Source: a virus (taxonomy: Duplodnaviria; Caudoviricetes). From it: a DNA stretch of 64,000 bases. Each line of letters starts with the position of its first letter. Within the stretch, counting starts at the first letter, position 1. Shown here piece after piece: positions 54,929-63,567 of the stretch. The stretch covers positions 14,432-78,431 of IMG/VR virus record IMGVR_UViG_3300001598_001791. The stretch is one strand, 5' to 3'. The translations under genes were made by a program, and so were the position numbers. The notes under the pieces are model-generated. The model was not told where the DNA came from. It saw only the letters and a list, made by a program, of their open reading frames with translations, and made no database searches.

Positions 54929-56348
54929 AAGATATCAACTTCTAGGTGCAGACTTTTCCTAAAGTCTGCTCAGGAAGTTAAGGTATTTGCACAAACATGT
55001 GGTGATGAAACTCTATTGTCAGCCTTAATGGCCGGAAAAGATTTATATTCAGAGGTAGCTTCGAGTGTTTATAATATGCCATATTCTGAGTGTTGTGAAT
55101 TCAGACCAGATGGAACCTTTAATTTAGAAGGTAAACAACGACGAACTAAGTCCAAGAGTATTGTATTGGGTTAATTTTTGTACTCTTGGACTAAAACATT
55201 AAGCCCCTTCACATAGTAATATGTGTCGAATAACGATGTGAACTGCGATTACAAGCAGGTGTCTAAAGATAAGAACAAATAACTTTAGGCTAACGGCAAA
55301 AGCTTATTATTAAGTTAAAGTTAATGCCGTGCTAAGATTTTATTAACAGTGAAATAAAGTGTATCGACTAACTCTGATGAATGTAAGAGTGTAAGGTGGA
55401 GATGTTACCATTTGAAGCGCATCGCAACCATATGGTTGATGAAATAGTCAGTACTATTAGGAATAATAGATAATTACGTTAATGTATGGGCGTGGTACTA
55501 GTTCTATTGCAGAACAGATCAAATCTCACCCAGGCCCGGTAACCAAAGAGGATAAAGAGGAAGCAAAAGCTATTGTTGATAATTTCTTTACTAACTATCC
55601 CGGTGCTAAGGAATGGGTAGAAAGAATGCATAAACAAGCTAGAGAAATTGGGTATGTTGAAGATATTTGGGGTAGAAGAAGAAATTTACCTGATGCTTCC
55701 TTACCTAAATATACTTTTGAATCTATAGAGACAGACTCAAGTAGTTTTAACCCATTAATTGACTCACCTTTAGTTATAAAGGAAGTTAGCCAAAACATCA
55801 TTGATAAGTATTCTCAATTACTTGATAAAACATTTAGTGTGGAGAAAAGGAAAGAAATTATTGATGATGCCCTAAGATATGATAAAGTAAAAATTACTAA
55901 TAATAGTGGTTTTATTGCTCAAGCAGAAAGACAAAGCCAAAATTCACCAATACAGGGTGGAGCAGCTACTATGACAAAAATTGGTATGCGTGATATCCAC
56001 TTTGATAAAGAGTTAAATGACCTTGATCTTCACTTATTAATTCCTGTTCATGATGAAGTTATTGCTGAGGCTCCACTTTGGAATATTGAAGAAGCTAAGA
56101 AGAGAATGTTTTATCTAATGTGTAATGCTGGGAAACCTGAGTTTAAATTACCAATGAAATGTGATGGTGATGACTGGTCAAGATGGTATCTAGATGTTTG
56201 TGGACAACATATTAGAGATGAATATCAAGAAAGTATTAAGAGTGGGTGTGCTCCGGAAGTAGCTTTCCAAGATGTTTATGAGAATAATTGTGAATTTACA
56301 GAAGATCAGATAAAGTTAATTTTAGAAGATAATAAACGTGATGTTTAG
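54906..56348 (+). CDS. polA: Family A DNA polymerase, C-terminal part (motifs A, B, C; 375 aa from segments 54906-54959, 54968-55171, 55479-56348)
   Basis: RBS GGTGG; LLGADFS[8 nt]AQEVK (motif A); RTKSKSIVLG|LMYG (motif B across intron); AERQSQNSPIQG; VHDEV (motif C). Confidence 0.82.
54948..54969 (+). other. Stop-containing 8-nt insertion in a 9-bp hairpin within PolA motif A
   Basis: GCAGACTTT-TCCT-AAAGTCTGC; reading GAC TTT TCC TAA AG TCT GCT CAG GAA. Confidence 0.85.
55172..55478 (+). ncRNA. Group I intron in PolA motif B (307 nt, no ORF)
   Basis: Exon ends GGT, intron starts TAA and ends ATTACG; core GTGAACTGCG, AATGCCGTGCTAAG, TATCGACTA, GAAATAGTCAG; splicing gives VLG-LMYG. Confidence 0.85.
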
Positions 56349-56422
56349 TTTACAATATTCATTATATATGATAATATAGTTATGAAGATAAGAATATATT
56401 CTTGAGGAGGATTTTTACAGTT

Positions 56423-56949
56423 ATGAATATCGTTATATACGGTTGCGATAACTGTGGTTAAGTAAGACCACATTAGCAGAATTTCTAGAAGATGAGTTAT
56501 GCGGTAAACAAGTTCATAGCTTAGGTAATGTCTCGATTGAAAAACAGGTAGAATTTATGAATAATGAACTTTTACCAAAAGGAAGTACTTCTATTAAAAT
56601 ATTTGATAGATTCCCCATTATTGAAGAGGAAGTATATGGTAATCTTTTGCGTGGTGGAAGTAAATATGATTCAGACCCTGACTTCAAAAAAGAAATGTTA
56701 GATAAAATTGATTTATTTATCTACGCATACCCTGGATTACTATCAACTTTAAATTGGAATAACCGAGAACAGATGGATGGTGTAATTGAAAACGTAATTA
56801 AAATTATAAATGAGTATAATAAGATTACTTATAGTTTTATAACTGAAAGATCAGTTATTGAGTTTAATTATAATGAAGATCCTTATTATATGAAGATATC
56901 AAAAAAGATAAAGGAGTTTATTAATGAACACAATCGATGTGAAATATAA
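56423..56949 (+). CDS. dNMP (thymidylate-like) kinase, 173 aa, requiring removal of a 5-nt insertion at 56459-56463
   Basis: RBS GAGGAGG; MNIVIYGCDNCG[TAAGT]KTTLAEFL; FDRF motif; track ORF 56557 is only the distal part. Confidence 0.8.
56453..56472 (+). other. Stop-containing 5-nt insertion in a hairpin within the kinase P-loop
   Basis: TGTGGT-TAAGTAAG-ACCACA; reading TGT GGT TAA GT AAG ACC ACA. Confidence 0.85.
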
Positions 56950-57541
56950 TAATGACATAGATAGTTGGAATACCTTATTTAAGTTAGCTAGAGAACAATT
57001 TTTAAATTATGAAAAAATTGAGGGTATTGAAAATTGGGATGAATATGATTTCTCAATAGATTGCTCATCTGATCAAATGAAATTTAAAGATATGCTTCAG
57101 ATTAGATTTATTGAAGAATTAACAGAGTCATCAATTGCTTTACATGAATCAGAGGAACACTTCTGGGAAGAAATAGGTGATTCTTTAAATTTTTTCTTAT
57201 CAGCTATGATTATGCTTGGAGTTGATCTTGACTCAATGGAATCACCGGATCATTTTCTTTCGACATACTCACTGAGAATTGTTCCTGATCCAGATTCTTT
57301 TGGCCTATCAGCCTATACAGTAATTGAGTCAGTTGGTTACTTATGCAATTTATTAAAAAATAGACCTTGGGCACAAAGTAATTATTTAGTTTCTATGTAT
57401 GACTTTGATGAAAGACTTAGAAAGTTGTGGTGTATTTTCTGGGGGTTTATGGGTGATTTAGGTCTAATTAAAGAAAATGTATTCGAGATATTCTGAAAAA
57501 AATTTAAAGTAAATGAACATAGAATGTCAACAAATTATTAA
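56924..57541 (+). CDS. Dimeric all-alpha dNTP pyrophosphatase (dUTPase-2 / T4 gp56 dCTPase-like; 205 aa, code 4)
   Basis: EELTE, EEIGDSLNFF, KNRPW, W(TGA)KKFKVNEHRMSTNY. Confidence 0.7.
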
Positions 57542-57554
57542 AAGGAGTAGATAG

Positions 57555-58301
57555 ATGAGAACTTATAAAACTATTAGGGAATCACTTGATGAAACAGCTA
57601 GAGACCTTTTAGTCCGTGGGATTACTGTTGAATGCAAATCTTATCAAGATAAAATCCTTGAGGGGAATGACCGTTTCGTAAAGGAGTTAATGGGTGTTGA
57701 CTTTATGATCTCAAAACCTATGTTAGGTTGGAGAGAAGCAGTACAATACTTATTTAAAACTGATGAAGAAACAGATAAAATCCTTAAATATTGCGAACAA
57801 GAAATTAAAGATAGGACATCTGGTGAAATGCTAAATCCAGGTAATTCATATAAAATTAGAGGTGATTATTGGTCTAATTTCTTAGAAGGTAATAATAAAT
57901 TTAGTTATCAGTATGCAGAAAGATTGTGGACAAATAATCAATTTGGATCTGTAATTAATTGTTTAAGAAATGATCCAGGAACAAGACAAGCAGTATTATC
58001 GGTTTGGTACCCAGAATTAGATATGAATTCAGAAAAATTGGGTGGTGGTAATAGAATACCTTGTTCTTTAAATTACCAGTTCATGATTAGAAATAACCGA
58101 TTACATTGTATTTATCATATGAGAAGTTCTAATTTCTTTGAACATCTACCAATTGATTTAATTTGTGCTGCTGGGATGATGGATTATATTGTTAAACAAT
58201 TAAAAGATACTTACCCTGATTTACAGGTAGGAAGTCTTTCTTATCTCGGTGGGAGTTTGCACGGATTCCAATGGTCACTATCTAAATTCGTTTTATTTTA
58301 A
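57555..58301 (+). CDS. Thymidylate-synthase-fold enzyme, dCMP hydroxymethylase-like
   Basis: TRQAVL, catalytic PCSLNYQF, MRSSNFFEHLPID with Asp where ThyA has Asn (LPFN). Confidence 0.65.
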   Translation: MRTYKTIRESLDETARDLLVRGITVECKSYQDKILEGNDRFVKELMGVDFMISKPMLGWREAVQYLFKTDEETDKILKYCEQEIKDRTSGEMLNPGNSYKIRGDYWSNFLEGNNKFSYQYAERLWTNNQFGSVINCLRNDPGTRQAVLSVWYPELDMNSEKLGGGNRIPCSLNYQFMIRNNRLHCIYHMRSSNFFEHLPIDLICAAGMMDYIVKQLKDTYPDLQVGSLSYLGGSLHGFQWSLSKFVLF

Positions 58302-58303
58302 TT

Positions 58304-59134
58304 ATGATCTATTTAAAATATAAAGACTTTACTCAATTATATTATGAATTATCAAGATTTCCCTTAACCGATCCAAAATCAACAGATTTCTTTACTATAG
58401 GTGCATCAATTTATGTAAATAACTTAGTTATAGAAACTGAATCTCATGATCTAGTAGGGCCAGCTTCAGACTTAGGAAATTTTAATTATACCATTTCTAA
58501 GTGGACTACTCTTCTAAATAAGTATGTTGATCCAAAAGATTATAGTGACCTAAAAACACGTCTTACTTGGTCTACTTGTAAAACAGTTACTTTTAATTTT
58601 AAAATACATGTAGCCATGCCGACCGATACAGATCAAACTAAAAGTAGAGATTCTTGTATTATTGCTATGGTTTTTAGTAGAAATGGTACTAAAGGTAAAT
58701 GGACTCATGTAAATGTTTATTGGAGAGCCCAAGAGATATATCAGAAAGGTGCAGCCGACTGGATCTTACTGAATAGAATATTTGAAGACCTTCCTAATTT
58801 AGATTTAAAACACTATTGTTTTCATATAGCCCAGCCATTTTGGAGTACATTTAAACTATGTGAATTGATAGATAGCCCTTTATTTAGTGTTGAAGAATTT
58901 AAAGATTCATCCTCTTTTCTAGGTAGGAAATTATACGCTCATTACCTGAGATATTATGGGCCTGGTGCTGAATTATCCAATTTTCATGCGATAAGAAGAA
59001 AACAAGAAATGAAACTTAGTGGTAAAGTTAATAAATCAATTCCATTGGAATCATTGGTGTTACCTTCACCATTAAAAGAAGAATACGATTTAAAAACTAT
59101 TCCTACTGAAGTGATTCAAACATCACTTTGGTAG
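58304..59134 (+). CDS. Second, divergent thymidylate-synthase-fold-like protein
   Basis: SCIIAMVF...VNVYWRAQEIYQKGAADWILL parallels the PC...RS.D...N/D segment; weak, by eye. Confidence 0.35.
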   Translation: MIYLKYKDFTQLYYELSRFPLTDPKSTDFFTIGASIYVNNLVIETESHDLVGPASDLGNFNYTISKWTTLLNKYVDPKDYSDLKTRLTWSTCKTVTFNFKIHVAMPTDTDQTKSRDSCIIAMVFSRNGTKGKWTHVNVYWRAQEIYQKGAADWILLNRIFEDLPNLDLKHYCFHIAQPFWSTFKLCELIDSPLFSVEEFKDSSSFLGRKLYAHYLRYYGPGAELSNFHAIRRKQEMKLSGKVNKSIPLESLVLPSPLKEEYDLKTIPTEVIQTSLW

Positions 59135-59181
59135 TTTACATATACTAACTATGCTGATATAATTAAGATAAGGAGATAGAT

Positions 59182-59595
59182 ATGAAAGTAAAATTAATTA
59201 AATTTAATAACTTTATTAAAGAACCAAAACGTGAACATTATAATGACTCTGGGGCAGATGTTTTTGCTGCAGAAGACTGTGTTATTAAAGCACATTCAGT
59301 TTATGCAGTACCTTTAGGAATTGGTGTTGAATTACCAAATGGATATGACATGATCATTCACTGTAAATCAGGGTTATCAAAAAATGGAATCTGGTCTGCC
59401 AATGCTCCAATAGACTCAGGCTACAGAGGTGAAATTCATGCAATTCTTTATAATACAACCGAAAATGACTATGAAATCAAATCTGGTACTAAAGTTGGAC
59501 AACTAGTCATGAGACCTGTTATCTATTGTGATTTCGTTGATGAATTAGGTGAGGAGAGAAACACTGGTTCATTTGGGAGTACTGGCTTAAAATAA
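59182..59595 (+). CDS. dut: Trimeric dUTPase
   Basis: DSGADV, KSGLS, IDSGYRGEI, GQLV, GSFGSTG. Confidence 0.9.
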   Translation: MKVKLIKFNNFIKEPKREHYNDSGADVFAAEDCVIKAHSVYAVPLGIGVELPNGYDMIIHCKSGLSKNGIWSANAPIDSGYRGEIHAILYNTTENDYEIKSGTKVGQLVMRPVIYCDFVDELGEERNTGSFGSTGLK

Positions 59596-60071
59596 TGAAT
59601 AAAAAAGATTTATTCTATATGTCAGTAGCTGAGCTTACTGCTACTCAGAGTAAAGACCCAAACACTAAAGTTGGTTCTGTTTTAGTGAAAGATGGTAAGA
59701 TCTTATCAGTAGGTTGGAACGGACCACCAAGATCATTAAATGATTCAATAGTCCCATTTACCTGCAGAGATAGATCTAAGCCACTAAAAGAACAGAAATA
59801 TCCTTATATTTTACACTCAGAAGTTAATTCACTTTTAAATTACGCTGGACAATTAGATGATTTAAAAGATTCATCTCTTTACGTAACAGTGTTTCCTTGT
59901 CACAACTGTGCCTTGCAGATTATACAGGCAGGAATTAAAGAAATTTACTATTTAGAAGAGTATAAGGGAAATCCTGAATCTGATGAGATGTCAAAATATT
60001 TATTCGATATGACCGGAATTAGATATATAAAATTAGATAGACAGGGAGATAATTATGAAGATAGAAACTAA
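59595..60071 (+). CDS. dCMP deaminase
   Basis: SKDPNTKVG, HSEVN, PCHNC. Confidence 0.88.
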   Translation: MNKKDLFYMSVAELTATQSKDPNTKVGSVLVKDGKILSVGWNGPPRSLNDSIVPFTCRDRSKPLKEQKYPYILHSEVNSLLNYAGQLDDLKDSSLYVTVFPCHNCALQIIQAGIKEIYYLEEYKGNPESDEMSKYLFDMTGIRYIKLDRQGDNYEDRN

Positions 60072-61170
60072 AGAATTTAGACAAGCAAGTAGATTGATTT
60101 TGCAAGCCATCGATACTCAAGAGGTTTCATTATTCAATGAGACCTTAGAGTTAAAGGCTAGCGGTAACAAATTATTCTTAAATATTACTAATAGACAATA
60201 TTATGTTACAGTTACTTTTAATTTACAAAATGAAGAGAATTTCCACGCATCAGTAAATGCTAGTTTGTTTCTAAAACTAATAGATAAGATTACTACTGAT
60301 ACTATAGAAATCTTAATTGAGGGTAATTCAGTTAAAGTTGTCGGAAATGGTACTTATAAATTGCCTATTATATACAACAATGATTCTATGTTAGAGTTAC
60401 CAATTATCACATTGGATAATAAGACAGCAGAATTTGAAATATCAACTGATATTTTACAAAGTATTGTTTCTAACAACTCAAAGGAACTTCTCCGAGGTAT
60501 ACCAAACAGAGAAGCTCAAAAATATTATTATATAGATGAAAAGGGATGTATCACTTTTGTATCTGGTGCCTGTGTTAATTACTTTGAATTACCACAACCA
60601 ATTAAGATGCAACTTTCATCTAAAGTAGTTAAATTATTTAAATTATTTAAAGATACTGCATATGTTAAATTTTCTATGTTTCAAGATCCTATTAGTGATA
60701 ATATGATTCAAACAAAAGTTAAATTCACAAATGATAAAGTAGTCCTTATTGCTAAATTACCAAATTCATCACTTATTAATGATGTACCAGTTGATTCAAT
60801 CAGAAATATGTGTATGAAAGAATTCCCATATTCTCTAGTTTTAGATAAAAATCAATTATCAGCAGTTATTGATAGATTAAGATTATTTACAACTGAGAAA
60901 AATTATGGATATTTTGATTTTAGTAGAGATTCTTTGACAATTAGTGATTTCTCACGTGAGAACAAAGAGACTGTTTCTATTTCATCTGATTGTCCTACTT
61001 TAGAATCATATTCGGTTATTTTAAATTTAGATAACTTTAAATTAATTCTTGATGGATGTACTGAAGATTATATTACAATTTGTTTTGGTGATGGTAGATC
61101 AGTATTAGTAAAGAAACCAAATATTGCTGTCTCTGAATTGTTGCCTGAATTGAAATTTGTTAATGTATAA
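60055..61170 (+). CDS. Sliding clamp (bacterial beta-like)
   Basis: 371 aa, three-domain periodicity, ending LNLDNFKLILDGCTEDYITICFG; recognised by pattern only. Confidence 0.55.
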   Translation: MKIETKEFRQASRLILQAIDTQEVSLFNETLELKASGNKLFLNITNRQYYVTVTFNLQNEENFHASVNASLFLKLIDKITTDTIEILIEGNSVKVVGNGTYKLPIIYNNDSMLELPIITLDNKTAEFEISTDILQSIVSNNSKELLRGIPNREAQKYYYIDEKGCITFVSGACVNYFELPQPIKMQLSSKVVKLFKLFKDTAYVKFSMFQDPISDNMIQTKVKFTNDKVVLIAKLPNSSLINDVPVDSIRNMCMKEFPYSLVLDKNQLSAVIDRLRLFTTEKNYGYFDFSRDSLTISDFSRENKETVSISSDCPTLESYSVILNLDNFKLILDGCTEDYITICFGDGRSVLVKKPNIAVSELLPELKFVNV

Positions 61171-61176
61171 TATTAC

Positions 61177-61653
61177 ATGGATAGAGGAAAAGAGTGGGAG
61201 AAAAGAGTAAAACTTGACTGAGAGAAAACGGTCGGTGATTCTTTTCTTTATAGATTATTTGATACATCAATGGGTTATAAAAACATAGCCAATGTAAGTG
61301 ATTATATTGGCTATAAATATCCTATAATGTATTGTATTGAGTCAAAGTGTCATTTGGGAAATACTTTCCCCTTCTCTGCCTTTCGTCAATATGAGAAGAT
61401 GGTTCCTTATATTGGAATAACTGGCTTGAAATTAGGTGTCGTGTTGTGAATGATAGATCACCATAAAGTATTATGGATACCTATTGAAACTTTTAAAAAG
61501 ATTAAAGATGAAGGCGGTAAATCTTTTAATATAAAAATGTTAAGTGATCCCAATTATGAAATTTTAGATTTAATGGCAAAAGACCTCAGGACATATATGT
61601 CAGTTGACTATAATAACTTAGTTAATTATTACAAGGAGAATAACATTGAATAA
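61177..61653 (+). CDS. Holliday junction resolvase (RecU-like, 158 aa, code 4)
   Basis: RGKEWE, SDYIG, CIESK, RQYE; 2 TGA. Confidence 0.7.
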
Positions 61654-62185
61654 TATTACTGGTGATGAAATTAGAAAAATGAGCGAATCTCTCCATAATG
61701 ATTTTAGATACTTAAATGAAGAATGTGATAAGATTGCTACTGAATATTCACGAGATCTAGATGAAAAAGTTGACAGAATTACCTGGTACTTAAAAGCTAC
61801 TAAGGATAATAATTTAGACTTTGATGTACCGTCTTTACAGCGGATGGCTATGGAATTATCGGCAATTATCTATTATGCAAATGATAGGTTAGAGAAACTT
61901 CAAATCCTCAGTGACATGGCCGAGATTAAATATCGTGATAAATATAATGAATCTTACTTATCAAAGCAGGGTGCTAAAAAACTTGAAGATAGAACTTTAA
62001 CTAAAGATCAAGTTAAAAGTATGGCTGAGCAAGAGTCATTGCCAGAAGAATTAATTTCATTTATATATTCACATGCAGCTAAGATATTAAAGGGTAAAAT
62101 AGATTCTGCCTATGAGTTATTGAAGTCAGTATCTAAATCTTTATCTGCTGAGATTACACAAATGCAACAATTTTCAAATAAATAA
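61646..62185 (+). CDS. Hypothetical coiled-coil protein
   Basis: 179 aa, helical. Confidence 0.55.
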   Translation: MNNITGDEIRKMSESLHNDFRYLNEECDKIATEYSRDLDEKVDRITWYLKATKDNNLDFDVPSLQRMAMELSAIIYYANDRLEKLQILSDMAEIKYRDKYNESYLSKQGAKKLEDRTLTKDQVKSMAEQESLPEELISFIYSHAAKILKGKIDSAYELLKSVSKSLSAEITQMQQFSNK

Positions 62186-62204
62186 AAACTAAGGGAGTAT
62201 CTAA

Positions 62205-62981
62205 ATGAGTAAAGTAAGTTATAGTAAAGTTAGTACTTTTTCACAATGTCCATTTTTATATAAATTAAAATACATAGATCATTTAAAACCAATCTTTGAT
62301 GAAAAACCAGATAACGCTTTACATTTAGGTACCTGTTTGCATGAGGCTCTTGAGTCAAGAGATATTGAGAAAGCTATTGACCTATATAAATCTAAATATC
62401 AATCATTAGATGATAATAATGAGATTGAAATTTTAAAATTAAGAACTATTCTCCCAAAAGCATTGTCACAAATTCCACAAGGTGAGTACGAATATCAAAT
62501 AAATATCTCTGATGAATTTGTTGGTTATATTGATATGTTAGTCAAGGTCGATGATGGTGTGTATGATCTTTATGACTTCAAGTATGCTACTAACTCAAAA
62601 AGATATGAGTCATCTGCTCAAGTTCACTTGTATAAATATTACTATGAAAAAACTACTAATAATAAAATTAGAAATATTTATTATGCTGTTATACCTAAGT
62701 GTAAGGATACATTAAGTACTCTTGATAAAGATAAACTAGTTAATAAAATAACTAATTCTTATTCAAAGAAGGATGTTGAATTTATTAATATAGAATATAA
62801 TATTGGAAAAGTATATCAGTTTTTAGCACAGAAATCAATGCTTGATGAGGCAAAAGTTTTCGAGAAAGTTTATAGCACAAAATGTGCCTGGTGTCAATTC
62901 CAAAAGTATTGTAGATCAAATGGCGAGGATACTTCTGAGATAATCAAAAAACAATCCATAGAAGAAACATCCTTGTTTTAG
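62205..62981 (+). CDS. PD-(D/E)XK exonuclease (Cas4/AddB-like)
   Basis: SYSKVSTFSQCP, GTCLH, GYIDML, YDFK, QVHLY, CAWCQFQKYC. Confidence 0.8.
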   Translation: MSKVSYSKVSTFSQCPFLYKLKYIDHLKPIFDEKPDNALHLGTCLHEALESRDIEKAIDLYKSKYQSLDDNNEIEILKLRTILPKALSQIPQGEYEYQINISDEFVGYIDMLVKVDDGVYDLYDFKYATNSKRYESSAQVHLYKYYYEKTTNNKIRNIYYAVIPKCKDTLSTLDKDKLVNKITNSYSKKDVEFINIEYNIGKVYQFLAQKSMLDEAKVFEKVYSTKCAWCQFQKYCRSNGEDTSEIIKKQSIEETSLF

Positions 62982-63039
62982 TTTACTTATTTATCATTTA
63001 ATGATATTATTATTAATGTAAATAAAGAGGTAACTAGCT

Positions 63040-63465
63040 ATGATGATATACAACATATTAATACGAAATTACACTGATGGTATCCAGAGACAATTCTATT
63101 TATCAGCTGAATCTCAAGAAGCTGTTATTAAACGAGCTTGTTATACGTATAATGTTATACCTGAACAAATAACTGTTGTTGAGTATTATAAAGATCTAAA
63201 TCAATTTGAATATGATCCTGTTCCAATTAAGGTTGTGTCTAAACAAATTAGTATTAATGATAAGGCATCTGAAATGTTTTATGGTGCAATTAGAAAAAGG
63301 GGAAAGAAGAAATTAGATTATATTAATAAATATAATTTTTCTGAAATCAAAATATCTTCACCTGATGATCTAGCTAAACTTATTGGTAAATATAAGCAGG
63401 TAAAGTGTTATTGGGAATCTGGTGATACCAGAGGTGAACATCAATACTATGCCTTATACAAATAA
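63040..63465 (+). CDS. Hypothetical protein
   Basis: 141 aa after promoter 62982-63010. Confidence 0.6.
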   Translation: MMIYNILIRNYTDGIQRQFYLSAESQEAVIKRACYTYNVIPEQITVVEYYKDLNQFEYDPVPIKVVSKQISINDKASEMFYGAIRKRGKKKLDYINKYNFSEIKISSPDDLAKLIGKYKQVKCYWESGDTRGEHQYYALYK

Positions 63466-63567
63466 AGATTGTAGGTGATTATAATGGATAAAGATAAAAT
63501 TCTAGAATGGATTCAAACCTAAATTAAGAAATCTGATAAAAAATAATGAGAGGGGAAATTAGCTATA

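Noticed and set aside
54954-56463. Simple -1 frameshifting as the explanation for both micro-insertions
   Set aside because: No canonical slippery heptamer, and it would add 2-3 residues inside motif A and the P-loop; disfavoured but not excluded.
558-58732. Short minus-strand and alternative-frame ORFs in the track (e.g. 558-833, 4823-5098, 9519-9803, 33922-34335, 46521-46808)
   Set aside because: They shadow long plus-strand genes, lack RBSs and recognisable motifs.
283-61653. TGA as Gly (code 25), selenocysteine, or mass pseudogenisation
   Set aside because: TGAs sit where Trp is expected in recognisable motifs, and frames stay open on both sides.
63484-63546. Short ORF MDKDKILEWIQT*IKKSDKK*
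   Set aside because: Too short to support; the internal TAA has no hairpin or frame change; possibly a gene remnant.
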